A DNA stretch of 64,000 bases from Dehalococcoidia bacterium (GTDB lineage Bacteria > Chloroflexota > Dehalococcoidia > Plut-88900): contig OZ220734.1 in assembly GCA_965116945.1 (NCBI GenBank), positions 1,906,709 through 1,970,708 on the forward strand, given 5' to 3'. The translations under genes were made by a program, and so were the position numbers. The notes beneath the pieces were generated by a model. It made no database searches and had not been told where the DNA came from. It saw only the letters and a list, made by a program, of their open reading frames with translations. This document shows, one piece after another, positions 10,528-20,398 of the stretch (position 1 is the first letter of the stretch; each line of letters opens with the position of its first letter).

Positions 10528-11533
10528 AAAGCTTGTATCTCCCTACCAGGCCCTGGGGTCTGAAGAGCATCAGGACGATCAACAGGAGCCCGAGAATCGC
10601 CCATCTGGCCTGTCCCTCAATCCCGACGGGCAGGCCCGGCACGAAACGCATTCCTTCTTCCAACAGGACGAACACCGTGGCCCCCAGCACCGACCCCCAC
10701 AGACTGGCCAGACCCCCGATTATCACGATAGACACAATTAGTATGGAGTCCAGCAGTGTGAAGGAAGGCGGCTCTATGAACTCGATCAGCCCCGCGAGCA
10801 ATGCGCCCGCCAGGGCGGCAATCATCGCCGAGATTACCCAAACGGCCAGCTTGTAGTAGGTTGCCTTGTAGCCAAACACCTGTATGGCTTGCTCGTCCTC
10901 CCGTATCGCGGTAAGCACCCGGCCAAAGGACGAATTCACAATAAGCCAGCATATTCCCAGCACGACCACAAGGAAGAACATCACGATGACAAGGTACTCC
11001 CAGGGCTCGTCGAAGTCCCAAATCCCGATGGATGGCTTGGCTATTTCCCTGATGCCGAAGGGTCCCCGGGTAACGGGCAGCCAGTTCCTGAACACCCCGA
11101 GCGCGATTACGGCAAAACCGAAAGAAGTCAGCGTAAAGATATCGTCTCTGAATCGGTTAAGCACAAATCCGGCCAGCAGCGCCACGATACCCGTGAGGAT
11201 TATGGCCACGGGCAAGGCGGCAAACCAGCTCATGCCAATGGAAGGTATCACGTCAATGGACTTTGGCGGCTCGATGTCGGGGTTGGTTGTTAGCACGGCG
11301 ATGGTATAGGCCCCGACCCCGAAAAACCCGATATGCGCCACCGAAAGGAGCCCCGTATATCCGATCACCAAGTTCAGACCGATGCCGAGAATGGCGAATA
11401 TGCCAATTATCGTCCCGGTTACGATGGTGAACCGGACCCCCTGGGACAGCATGAATATAAGAGCAGCGCCGATGATGACGATGGTTATCACCATCTCGAA
11501 GTTGTCTTTCAGGAACTTCGTGGTCGGTGTCAT
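10526..11533 (-). CDS. livM: branched-chain-amino-acid-type ABC permease (LivM-like)
   Basis: Polytopic membrane protein ending ...LFRPQGLVGRYKL. Start taken at the internal ATG (MTPTTKFL) to remove the overlap with the upstream permease. Confidence 0.75.
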   Translation of the reverse strand: MTPTTKFLKDNFEMVITIVIIGAALIFMLSQGVRFTIVTGTIIGIFAILGIGLNLVIGYTGLLSVAHIGFFGVGAYTIAVLTTNPDIEPPKSIDVIPSIGMSWFAALPVAIILTGIVALLAGFVLNRFRDDIFTLTSFGFAVIALGVFRNWLPVTRGPFGIREIAKPSIGIWDFDEPWEYLVIVMFFLVVVLGICWLIVNSSFGRVLTAIREDEQAIQVFGYKATYYKLAVWVISAMIAALAGALLAGLIEFIEPPSFTLLDSILIVSIVIIGGLASLWGSVLGATVFVLLEEGMRFVPGLPVGIEGQARWAILGLLLIVLMLFRPQGLVGRYKL

Positions 11534-12933
11534 ACTCTTTCCTGCTTGCTCTTCAATAGGCCTCCCGGACGGTACAACAAGAAGAGGATAAGCACTATAA
11601 AGGCTACGGCATCCTTCCAGTCGGAGGCTATCCACCACACTCCGAAGTTCTCAACCATGCCCAGGAAGAAGGCGCCGACTAAGGCTCCCCTGAGGTTGCC
11701 AAGCCCGCCAATGGTTGCTGCGATCCAGCCTTTCAATAGGGCTATGAATCCCATCGTAGGGCGGATGGCCGTATCGAGGCCCATCAGCACCCCCGAGAAC
11801 CCAAAGATTGCGGACCCCAGGAAGAAAACACTGGCTATGACAACGGAGGTGTTAATTCCCACCACCATTGCCACCTCTTCATCGTCACTGATGGCTCGGA
11901 CCATCTTGCCCCACTTGGTCTTGTTAACAAGCAGGGCAACTATGGCGAATACTGCGATGACCGCTCCCCACATGAAGATGCGGAAACCCTTTACCGAGCC
12001 TCCCAGCAGGCTAATCGGCTCTGTCCCTAGAGGGTCGGGCAGGTCGTGGGCCTGGGCGGTGAAGATGATGACCACCAGGGCGATGAGCATGATCATCACG
12101 CCGAGGGAGGCGACCAGCATGATCATGGGCGAACGCGCCCGTCTGCGCAGGTAATAGAAGATTCCGCGGTACAGGACAAGGCTGATGCACCCGACCACAA
12201 CTATGCCCAATATGGCACTCAGCGTCAGATTAGCTTCCGGGGCCCCCGAGATAATCCAACCTGCCAGGGCTCCCAGGACAATAGCCGCCGCAACCGTAAA
12301 CACTACGAAGGCGTAGGTCAGAGCGGTCGACTTATACTCGCTGATTCTGGGATGTACCAGCCCCGAGAGCAGTGCAATGACGGCGCCCGCCGTCACCACT
12401 CCAACCAGCGGGCTGATATATACATTCAACTCCTGGGGGTTGACGAACAAAACACCCGTGTATACCCCCAGCCCTGCAGACATAGCGCCCCCAATCACGA
12501 GGGCCGGCTGTTTCGGCAGGCGGTGACGCACCCTTGGATAGACCCAGGTGTAGAGAGTCCAGGCAAGGGTAACGGCAATGAGAAGGCCGATAGCGCTGCT
12601 GAACAGAAGACTGGGCTCTCGTGAGCTTGAGGAATGGAAATGGAGGACGGTGTATGCGGCAGTGGTGGACATGGCCGCGTAGGAAAGGTCGAAGTACCAG
12701 ACGGTGGAGTACTGGAGGGTGAAGCCGATGGCCATGATCCCGTAAATTGACGCGGAGGTCATGCCGTTGAGGAAGGTCTGGCCGAACCTGTCAGGGTCCA
12801 GGACAAGCATCAGGAGCAGAAGGCCGATGGCTATCGCCACCCCTCCCGACACCGCAATCCCCTTCGGGCTTGCGACTCCGTTGGGACTGACACCCCCCAC
12901 ATTAGGGGCAATGGATTTCAGATACTTCAGCAC
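11530..12933 (-). CDS. livH: branched-chain-amino-acid-type ABC permease (LivH-like, extended)
   Basis: The hydrophobic LivH core (SIYGIMAIGFTLQYST...) is followed by additional TM helices; 467 aa is longer than canonical LivH. Confidence 0.7.
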   Translation of the reverse strand: MLKYLKSIAPNVGGVSPNGVASPKGIAVSGGVAIAIGLLLLMLVLDPDRFGQTFLNGMTSASIYGIMAIGFTLQYSTVWYFDLSYAAMSTTAAYTVLHFHSSSSREPSLLFSSAIGLLIAVTLAWTLYTWVYPRVRHRLPKQPALVIGGAMSAGLGVYTGVLFVNPQELNVYISPLVGVVTAGAVIALLSGLVHPRISEYKSTALTYAFVVFTVAAAIVLGALAGWIISGAPEANLTLSAILGIVVVGCISLVLYRGIFYYLRRRARSPMIMLVASLGVMIMLIALVVIIFTAQAHDLPDPLGTEPISLLGGSVKGFRIFMWGAVIAVFAIVALLVNKTKWGKMVRAISDDEEVAMVVGINTSVVIASVFFLGSAIFGFSGVLMGLDTAIRPTMGFIALLKGWIAATIGGLGNLRGALVGAFFLGMVENFGVWWIASDWKDAVAFIVLILFLLYRPGGLLKSKQERV

Positions 12934-13067
12934 AGTATCAAATCAGTCTATGCCAAGGCCTTACCAAGCAGGATAAAAGGAGACAGGGCCGACCTTCCCT
13001 GGGAAAGCCAGCCCTGTCTCATATCTTACTTACTCGTCCAGCCGGTATATCGGCATATCGTAGGATT

Positions 13068-14222
13068 CTATTCCTGTATGGTCGATACGCCGTCGATGAC
13101 CTTGTAGACGCCGAACACGCTCGGGTCCATGTCACCGTTGGAGTCGAACCCGTAGGTCCCGATGGCGCCGGAGTAGGGGTTGTCGCTGTTCACGGCGTAC
13201 AGGCAGTCCCTTATCTCCGCGGTGTTCGTCTCGCTGCCCGCTTCGTCGATGCAGGCCGCCATGATGTGGACCGAGTCGTAGGAGGAGCCTATGTAGTAGT
13301 GGAGCGAGATGGAACCGTGTTTCTCGACGTACTTCTCGGTGAGTTCCGCACCTGCCGGGTTGTACTCGAGATCCTGCGGCACGAGGACTCCTATCACACC
13401 CTCTGCGGCGTCGCCGGCAATGTCCAGCACCGTAGCGGCGTGGCCGGGCTCCACTGCAAACATCTGACCTTCGTAGCCCAGCTCGCGAGCCTGCTTGTAG
13501 AGTGTGCCCTGGGCAAATTCAGACTGGGAAAGCAGGACTATGGCCGGAGGATCGTCAGCGAGGATCCTGGTGAGGCCAGCGCTGAAGTCGGTCTCTTCGG
13601 AGGTGTACCTTTCAGCGGCCAAGATGGACCCACCCAAGGGCTCGTAGTTGTTGGTGAATTCGGTGCGGACGCCTTCAATGTAGTCCGTGGCCTCACCCAT
13701 GACGCCGACTTCGTTGTAGCCCTCGTCAATGATGACCTGGGCCAGGCGCTTCCCTACGTCGGCATCGCTGAACACGTTTCGGAAGATGTAGTCACCGGCC
13801 GTCGAAATAGCTGGGTTGGAGGTCAGACCGGAGAAGACCACGACCTCGTCGTCGTCCACCCGAGACGCAAATCCGAGCATTTCGCCGCTGCAGGAGGGGC
13901 CCAGGATGATGGAAACCTCGTCCACGTCCACCAACTTGGTGTATGCGGTCAGGGCGTCGGTGCCGTTGCACTTCCCGTCTTCGGCAATGATCTCAATCTG
14001 CCGGCCAAGGACACCGCCTGCTTCATTGACTTCGTCAACCGCCAGCTGGATGCCGTTCAAGGCCACATTTCCGTAGGTCTCGCCGGGTCCGGTCAGGGAC
14101 TGGATGACCCCTATGGTTATGGGCTCGTCATCACCTCCGCCGCAGGCAAGGCCCACGATAGCCATAACGGCAAGCAGGCCAAGCACCAGGGCCAAAGGTT
14201 TCTTCTGGATTCGCATACACAC
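13068..14222 (-). CDS. ABC transporter substrate-binding lipoprotein, Leu/Ile/Val-binding protein family (LivK/amide-binding type)
   Basis: Signal peptide plus lipobox LACGGG; ITIGVIQSLTGPGETYGNVALNGIQLAVDEVNEAGGVLGRQIEI is typical of the PBP type-I LivK family. Confidence 0.85.
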   Translation of the reverse strand: MCMRIQKKPLALVLGLLAVMAIVGLACGGGDDEPITIGVIQSLTGPGETYGNVALNGIQLAVDEVNEAGGVLGRQIEIIAEDGKCNGTDALTAYTKLVDVDEVSIILGPSCSGEMLGFASRVDDDEVVVFSGLTSNPAISTAGDYIFRNVFSDADVGKRLAQVIIDEGYNEVGVMGEATDYIEGVRTEFTNNYEPLGGSILAAERYTSEETDFSAGLTRILADDPPAIVLLSQSEFAQGTLYKQARELGYEGQMFAVEPGHAATVLDIAGDAAEGVIGVLVPQDLEYNPAGAELTEKYVEKHGSISLHYYIGSSYDSVHIMAACIDEAGSETNTAEIRDCLYAVNSDNPYSGAIGTYGFDSNGDMDPSVFGVYKVIDGVSTIQE

Positions 14223-14341
14223 CCTCCTTAGAACGGTTCCTATACCCAGCGGGCCGGGTCGCAGGACGGGACTATGGGGGGCAATATAGCGACTTGCCGT
14301 CGATTAGTCAATGACACCCAGGACTTGACAGCCCCTCAGCT

Positions 14342-15061
14342 TTAGTCATCTTCCAAAATCACAACGTGAAGCTCAATTGGGCCATGAATCCCGACCGTGC
14401 GAATAGTCTCGATATCCGCTGTACGCGAAGGGCCCGTGACCAGCGATACTGCTGACGGGAGCCCGCCGGCGGTATTGAGCAAGGGCAACAGATCTTGCAA
14501 AGAGGAGACAATCTTGTCGGGGGTGACGATTGCTACGTGGACCGGAGGAATTACGGATGCGAGGCGGCTCTGGGGCCCCGATGCCCTCATCACAAGCGAC
14601 CCGATTTCGGCTACCGCATAGTCCACTTCCGTCAGGCCCATGTCTGCCTCTACAAGAGAGGCTCTCTGGTCTGTTCCGGAGGTCTCAGATTGCGCCAGAT
14701 TGATGGGAAGGACCTCGGCGCCGGCTCCCGTAAGTGCGTCGTCGAGGTCTGTAAGAGTGGGCGTGTCCCACCTCGCTATTTTGCGTATTCCCTTCTCCTC
14801 TATCAGAGCGCCAAGCAGAGAAGATAGTTCCCCGTGCCCCGACACTCTGCTGACAACCCCGTGCACCTTCTTTACCTCTTCCTCAAAGCGGGCAATCATC
14901 TGCTCATGGCTGAGGGTATCTTGCCTGATTGTGGCATCCCCGGCGGCTGAAGGAGCGCCATTGGAGGCCGGGGCGGTGGGTCCGGTTCTCCCCAGACTGC
15001 GGCGGACTGTGGAGAGAAAAACCTCGCGGCTAGTCGGGGGCATCTTTGGAGAGCCTTTCAT
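14342..15061 (-). CDS. lutC: lactate utilization protein C (LutC/YkgG, LUD domain)
   Basis: LUD-domain C-terminus ...HVVILEDD, following lutB with a short overlap. Confidence 0.75.
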   Translation of the reverse strand: MKGSPKMPPTSREVFLSTVRRSLGRTGPTAPASNGAPSAAGDATIRQDTLSHEQMIARFEEEVKKVHGVVSRVSGHGELSSLLGALIEEKGIRKIARWDTPTLTDLDDALTGAGAEVLPINLAQSETSGTDQRASLVEADMGLTEVDYAVAEIGSLVMRASGPQSRLASVIPPVHVAIVTPDKIVSSLQDLLPLLNTAGGLPSAVSLVTGPSRTADIETIRTVGIHGPIELHVVILEDD

Positions 15062-16478
15062 CCCAGGTTTGCCTGAAGGAGCGAGGCGCGAGGGCGGGGA
15101 ATTCTCGGTTCTCGGTCCATCCTCTGAGGAATGGAGGCAGCCAGCGGAAGTGGCCGTCTCTCAATAAAGGTTTCTGCAGGAGTCTGGCGAGTCCCGTGGC
15201 AACTGCGTAAGCCTTTTGGCTCCTCATGCCGGCCGACCATGCCCGTACAACCCATTTCTCCATCTTTGAAGGTGTTATGTTGTCGGCTGCGGTATCTTTA
15301 GCATCAGGCTCAGCGGCCTTGTGGCGCAGCTTCAGGAGCATGTGGGGTATGTTGATCTTGATGGGGCAGACGTCTCGACACGCACCACAAAGGGTAGAGG
15401 CCGCAGGCAGGTCCTTGGCCCCTTCGATACCGACCAGCTCGGGTGTGATGATCGAACCAATCGGCCCCGAGTAAACCCATCCGTAAGCGTGTCCACCGAC
15501 GGAGTTGTAGACAGGGCAGATGTTGAGGCAAGCGGCACAGCGGATGCAGTACAGGGATTCCCGCATGGTACGGTCTGCGAGAATGCGGGACCTGCCGTTA
15601 TCCAGAATGACCATGTGGAATTCTTCGGGGCCGTCTATTTCGTCGGGGCGTCGGGGCCCGGTGATCATGGAAACGTAGGAGCTGGCCTTCTGGCCCGTGG
15701 CACTGCGCGGGAGCAGGGCCAGGAAAATCGAAAGGTCTTGCAGGGCCGGAATAACCTTCTCCATCCCCATCACGGAAACATGTATGGGAGGTAGTGCCGT
15801 CGAAAGCCGCTGGTTCCCCTCGTTCTCCACCAGGACTATCGTCCCGGTTTCTGCGACTCCGAAATTTGCGCCCGTGACCCCCATGTCTGCCTGAACGAAT
15901 TTCTTGCGGAGGGCATGACGGGCGATCTGGGTAAGACGCTGGGGGTCTTCTTCGTAGGGTATCGAAAGGTGTTTTGAGAAGAGTTGCCCGAAGTCCTGCC
16001 GGGTCTTGTGGATGGCGGGGGCGATGATGTGGTAGGGGGTCTCTCCGGCCAGCTGGATCATGTACTCGCCGAGGTCGGTCTCTATCGCCTCCACCCCGAC
16101 ATTTGCCAGCTTGTGGTTGAGGTCGATTTCCTCAGTGGCCATGGACTTGCCCTTGACCACCGTACGGACTCCACGCTCCCTTGCGAGTGAGACGATGTAA
16201 TCGGATGCTTCTTGCGCAGTGCTCGCCCAAACTACCTTTCCCCCAGCCTTCTCGATTGAGTCGGCAAACTGGGCCAGGTACTCGTCCAGTCTTTCTATGG
16301 TGTGGGCCTTGATCTCACGGGCACGGTTCCGGAGGTCTTCCCATTCAGGCAGATCGGCGGCTGCGTTGTTACGCTCCCGCAGGAGATTTCCAGTGGCCCG
16401 GCGCGCGGCCTGCTGTACCCGCACGTTCTCGACAGCGCGTCGGGAGCCGGCCTTGAAGTCACTGGTCTTTATTTCCAT
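15030..16478 (-). CDS. lutB: lactate utilization iron-sulfur protein LutB/YkgF
   Basis: CIRCAACLNICPVYNSVGGHAYG ferredoxin-type 4Fe-4S motifs plus a LUD domain. Confidence 0.9.
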   Translation of the reverse strand: MEIKTSDFKAGSRRAVENVRVQQAARRATGNLLRERNNAAADLPEWEDLRNRAREIKAHTIERLDEYLAQFADSIEKAGGKVVWASTAQEASDYIVSLARERGVRTVVKGKSMATEEIDLNHKLANVGVEAIETDLGEYMIQLAGETPYHIIAPAIHKTRQDFGQLFSKHLSIPYEEDPQRLTQIARHALRKKFVQADMGVTGANFGVAETGTIVLVENEGNQRLSTALPPIHVSVMGMEKVIPALQDLSIFLALLPRSATGQKASSYVSMITGPRRPDEIDGPEEFHMVILDNGRSRILADRTMRESLYCIRCAACLNICPVYNSVGGHAYGWVYSGPIGSIITPELVGIEGAKDLPAASTLCGACRDVCPIKINIPHMLLKLRHKAAEPDAKDTAADNITPSKMEKWVVRAWSAGMRSQKAYAVATGLARLLQKPLLRDGHFRWLPPFLRGWTENREFPALAPRSFRQTWDERLSKDAPD

Positions 16479-16501
16479 AAGATTTGGCCTGGGAGGTTAG
16501 A

Positions 16502-17239
16502 CTAGTGGCGTGAGGCCAGTATCTCGGCGATGTGTTTGGCCTGTACCGGGATTTTCTGCCGCTTCAGGCCTCCGGCCATATGCATGAGGCAACCGGCATC
16601 ATTGGCGACAAGGGTATCCGCTCCTGATTTCTTAATGCAGTCCAGTTTTCGCTCCAGAATTGATCCCGAAATGTGCGGATACTTGACGGCAAAGGATCCA
16701 CCGAATCCACAGCACTGCTCGGAGTCAGGTAAGTCCTTCATCGCAATGCCTTCCACATTCTCGAGGAGCTCCCCCGGCTCTGACTGCACGCCAAGCTCCC
16801 GCAGAAGGTGACAAGATGGATGGTAGGCAATCGAACCCTGGTGGGATGCGCCCACATCTGTGACGCCCAGAACTTTCACCAAGAACTCGGAGAATTCGTA
16901 GGTGCGGGTGCCCAGGGCACGGGCCTTTTCTAACATCTTGGGGTCGTCCTTGAACAGGTCCGGGTAGAAGACTCGGACCATGGACGTACAGGAACCGGAT
17001 GGAGCCACGACGTAGGAATCATCATCAAAAATGGAGATAAACCGTTTTGCGAGGTCTCGGGCGTCCGACTGGTAGCCGGCGTTAAATGCGGGCTGTCCGC
17101 AGCAGGTCTGAGCCCGGGGGAAGGAGAGACTAACGCCCTGTTCCCTTAACACCCTCACCATGGCCTCGCCGACCTCTGGGTAGAACTGGTCCACCAGGCA
17201 GGTGATGAAAATTGAGGCTCGGGGTTTGGGTTGGGGCAT
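16502..17239 (-). CDS. lutA: lactate utilization Fe-S oxidoreductase LutA/YkgE (CCG domains)
   Basis: MPQPKPRASIFITCLVDQFYPEVGEAMVRVLREQGVSLSFPRAQTCCGQP shows the CCG cysteine-rich domain pair. Confidence 0.9.
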   Translation of the reverse strand: MPQPKPRASIFITCLVDQFYPEVGEAMVRVLREQGVSLSFPRAQTCCGQPAFNAGYQSDARDLAKRFISIFDDDSYVVAPSGSCTSMVRVFYPDLFKDDPKMLEKARALGTRTYEFSEFLVKVLGVTDVGASHQGSIAYHPSCHLLRELGVQSEPGELLENVEGIAMKDLPDSEQCCGFGGSFAVKYPHISGSILERKLDCIKKSGADTLVANDAGCLMHMAGGLKRQKIPVQAKHIAEILASRH

Positions 17240-17406
17240 GGCGGCATCTAATTATAGGTTCACTCCAATGGGGTTACAAATTGGTGAGAAGCCCAGAGGG
17301 AAGGCGTTGCCGACTTGATTGTTTTGCGATTTCAGGCACGGGTTTGATTGTTTAAGGAATCGGAGGGGAAGCCTCCCCTGTCCCACCCCGGGATTAAGGG
17401 GAGTCC

Positions 17407-17471
17407 CGCCCGCCCTGTTTAATTGACATATCAAAAAAGCAGTGCATTTTTGATATGTCTTTACCAAGGGG
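17407..17471. repeat. repeated intergenic element with 35-bp AT-rich palindrome (copy 2) in the lutA/amidase divergent region
   Basis: GACATATCAAAAAAGCA-G-TGCATTTTTGATATGTC at 17425..17459 (one mismatch between the arms), preceded by TTGACA and flanked by CCCGCCCTGTTTAAT and TTTACCAAGGGG. Confidence 0.7.
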
Positions 17472-17583
17472 TTAGGGACATCCGGCCCCGGACCACCGGG
17501 GATGGATTCCGGCTCTGGGGGGCCGGAATGACGGAGGGGGAGGGATGGGGAATAGCAAGGGAGGATAGGGCCGGCCTTCTTGA

Positions 17584-17613
17584 CCGCCGGATTGGGCCAT
17601 TCCTATAATCGCC
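17584..17613 (+). promoter_or_regulatory. candidate sigma70 promoter for the amidase/CoA-transferase/amidohydrolase operon
   Basis: TTGACC, an 18-nt spacer, then TATAAT, about 50 nt upstream of the amidase ATG. Confidence 0.45.
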
Positions 17614-17664
17614 GCGAGCCTCCGGTGATTTCCCTATTACCCGATCCACAAGGACACCTGACGC

Positions 17665-19065
17665 ATGACCGAAGACCTCCTCAGAAAAGACACAACTGAA
17701 CTCGCCCAGCTAATCGCCTCACGCAAGGTGTCGCCTGTTGAATTAACCGAGGTCTGCCTTCGCCAGATTGATGCACTCAACCCGACCCTAAATGCATTCC
17801 TCACTGTATGCGGAGACGAGGCCATGGAGTCGGCCAAGCAGGCTGAGCCAAGCGCCGGCCCCGACTCCCCGCCTCTCCACGGCATCCCCATCGCTGTCAA
17901 GGACCTGGAGCCTACTAAGGGAATCAGGACTACCTATGGATCGCTGCCCTTCAAGGACTGGGTGCCGGACCAGGATTCGATAATCGTAGAACGCCTTAAG
18001 AAGGCAGGGGCCATAGTCCTCGGCAAGACGAACACCCCGGAATTCGGGGAGTCCACCAGCACGGAGAACCGGCTCGGCGACGACTGCCGGAACCCCTGGG
18101 ATACGACTCGAACAAGCGGCGGTTCCAGCGGAGGGTCTGGGGCAGCGTTGGCCTCGTACATGTGCTCACTGGCGACGGGAAGTGACGGTGGTGGGTCGAT
18201 AAGAATCCCCTCGTCCTTCTGTGGGGTGTACGGCATCAAGGCAACGCACGGTCGGGTCCCGACCAGGGACAACGGATGGTCCCTGTTCTCCGACCCCGGG
18301 CCCATGAGTCGGAGCGTCCGGGACTCGGCGCTGATGCTCAATCTGGTTGCGGGACACGACTCGGGAGACAGCCTGGCAATCCGGGCCGTCCCCCCGAACT
18401 TCCTGGACGCCCTTGACGGGGAGGTGAAGGGCCTCAGGATAGCCTGGAGTTCCGACCTGGGCTTCGGAGTCGTCGACCCCGAGGTCCTTTCGGTTGCCCG
18501 AGAGACCGCTGAACTTTTCGAAGGCATGGGTTGCTCCCTGGAAGACGCCACCCCGGACGCCGGCGCCCCATTTGAGATATTCGGGACCATAGTCATTGTG
18601 GAAGACTTCGTGGCCTCTGGCGTCCTGCTTAAGAGCCATCCGGATGAGTTGATGGGCTACGTGAAGTCGACAATCGAGGCGGGGAGTCGGGCCACGGGTG
18701 CGGACTATGCCCGGGCTATGGCCAAACTCTGGAAGTTCCGGGCCCGCATGGAGGACTTCTTCGAAGACTACGACCTACTGCTGACACCCACCACCGCGAT
18801 ACCTGCTTACCCAATCGGAGGACGTCCGAGAGAGGTGATGGGCCAGCGGGTGAACAAGCTCTGGGGAGCGACGCCCTTCACGGCTAGCTTCAACTTGTCG
18901 GGGAATCCGGCGGCGAGTGTGCCGTGCGGGTTCTCCTCGGACGGTTTGCCCATAGGACTGCAGATAGTGGGGAGGTGGGGGGATGAGTTGAGCGTGCTGC
19001 GGGCGTCGGCGGCGCTGGAGAAGGCCCGACCATGGGCAGATGCGATACCGGACATAGCGAAGTAG
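17665..19065 (+). CDS. amidase (amidase-signature family)
   Basis: GGSSGGSGAALAS signature with Ser-cisSer-Lys context; 466 aa. Confidence 0.9.
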   Translation: MTEDLLRKDTTELAQLIASRKVSPVELTEVCLRQIDALNPTLNAFLTVCGDEAMESAKQAEPSAGPDSPPLHGIPIAVKDLEPTKGIRTTYGSLPFKDWVPDQDSIIVERLKKAGAIVLGKTNTPEFGESTSTENRLGDDCRNPWDTTRTSGGSSGGSGAALASYMCSLATGSDGGGSIRIPSSFCGVYGIKATHGRVPTRDNGWSLFSDPGPMSRSVRDSALMLNLVAGHDSGDSLAIRAVPPNFLDALDGEVKGLRIAWSSDLGFGVVDPEVLSVARETAELFEGMGCSLEDATPDAGAPFEIFGTIVIVEDFVASGVLLKSHPDELMGYVKSTIEAGSRATGADYARAMAKLWKFRARMEDFFEDYDLLLTPTTAIPAYPIGGRPREVMGQRVNKLWGATPFTASFNLSGNPAASVPCGFSSDGLPIGLQIVGRWGDELSVLRASAALEKARPWADAIPDIAK

Positions 19066-19126
19066 CAGCGATACCCAGCACTAGAGTGCCCGAAAGCAAA
19101 AACAGAGTAGATATGGGAGAAAAGCC

Positions 19127-20335
19127 ATGCCGGGACCTTTAGATGGAATCAGAGTCGTCGAGATGGCCGTTATACACGTCGGGCCTCCCATAGGCTACAT
19201 ATTGGGAGACCTCGGCGCCGAAGTTATCAAGGTTGAGCGACCGGATGGCGGAGACCCCACCCGCTCCCGGGGCACCTTCTGGTTCGATGCCGTTAACCGG
19301 AGCAAGAAGAGCGTAACCCTGGATCTGAAGTCCGAGTCGGGGCGGGAGGTTCTGCACCGGCTAATCGGAAAGGCTGACATCTTCGTTTCCAACTTCCCCC
19401 CGGCCCTCCTTGAGCGCCTGGGCGCGGACTACGAGACGCTATCCGGCATCAACAGCAAACTCGTTTACGGGCAGGTCGGGGCCTGGGGGCCGATGGGCAA
19501 GGACAAAGATCGCCGCGCTTTCGAAGCCCTGGTGCAGGCCCGGAGCGGATTCACCGGCATCGTGAGCGGAGGTCTCGAGGCTGAACCTCTGCTCCTGGAG
19601 GGCGGCCTATTCGACCAGACGACTGCCACCGTGATGACCTATGGCATCCTCGCTGCTCTGGTTAGCCGGGAAAGGACGGGCCGAGGACAGATGGTGCAGG
19701 GCTCACTGCTGGGCAGCGCCATGCACTTCCAGCACGGTGCGGTCAATTACTCGCTGTGGGCGGACAAGTTCCCGGAGCTGAACCTGCCCCCCGGCGAAGG
19801 GTCTCCGTTGCATTCCAGGAATGACAGGACCAAAGCAACCAGTCTTCTGTACAACTGGTACCAGTGTGCCGACCGCCGGTGGATCATGTTCTGCGAACCC
19901 GACCCAGACCGATGGTGGCCGGAATTTTGCCGAGCCATTGGAGCCGAGGGTCTCGCTTCGACCTCGCCGCAAGACGAGAACTGGGCAGGCCTGAGGGGAC
20001 AGATTGACGAGATATTCGCAAAGAAAACCCTCGCCGAGTGGCTGGAGACCCTAAAGGACGCGGGCCTGGAGATGGCCTACTCACCGGTCAACTCTACGGC
20101 GGAGGTGGCCGCCGATCCCCAGGCTCGGGCCAACAACTACGTCGTTGATGTCGACCATCCAACAAGGGGAAAGATGACCTCGGCGGGCGTGCCGCTGGCG
20201 TTTTCAGGAACGCCGGTGGGCCGGGTGTCGGCGGCGCCGGGTCTCGGAGAGCACAATGAAGATGTTGCGACCGGTGTCGGGGGATTCAGCGCTGAGGAGC
20301 TCGCCCGTTTGAAGGAAGATGGGGCATTCGGATAG
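19127..20335 (+). CDS. CoA-transferase family III (CaiB/BaiF-like), third paralog
   Basis: MPGPLDGIRVVEMAVIHVGPPIGYILGDLGAEVIKVERP. Confidence 0.85.
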   Translation: MPGPLDGIRVVEMAVIHVGPPIGYILGDLGAEVIKVERPDGGDPTRSRGTFWFDAVNRSKKSVTLDLKSESGREVLHRLIGKADIFVSNFPPALLERLGADYETLSGINSKLVYGQVGAWGPMGKDKDRRAFEALVQARSGFTGIVSGGLEAEPLLLEGGLFDQTTATVMTYGILAALVSRERTGRGQMVQGSLLGSAMHFQHGAVNYSLWADKFPELNLPPGEGSPLHSRNDRTKATSLLYNWYQCADRRWIMFCEPDPDRWWPEFCRAIGAEGLASTSPQDENWAGLRGQIDEIFAKKTLAEWLETLKDAGLEMAYSPVNSTAEVAADPQARANNYVVDVDHPTRGKMTSAGVPLAFSGTPVGRVSAAPGLGEHNEDVATGVGGFSAEELARLKEDGAFG

Positions 20336-20398
20336 ACTGGATGCAAGTAATTGTGGAAGGATCTGGTTGAGCGGGGATTTGAAAGGAGCGCGGGCCTG

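Noticed and set aside
13266-14231. 321-aa plus-strand ORF
   Set aside because: Antisense to the LivK-like binding-protein gene.
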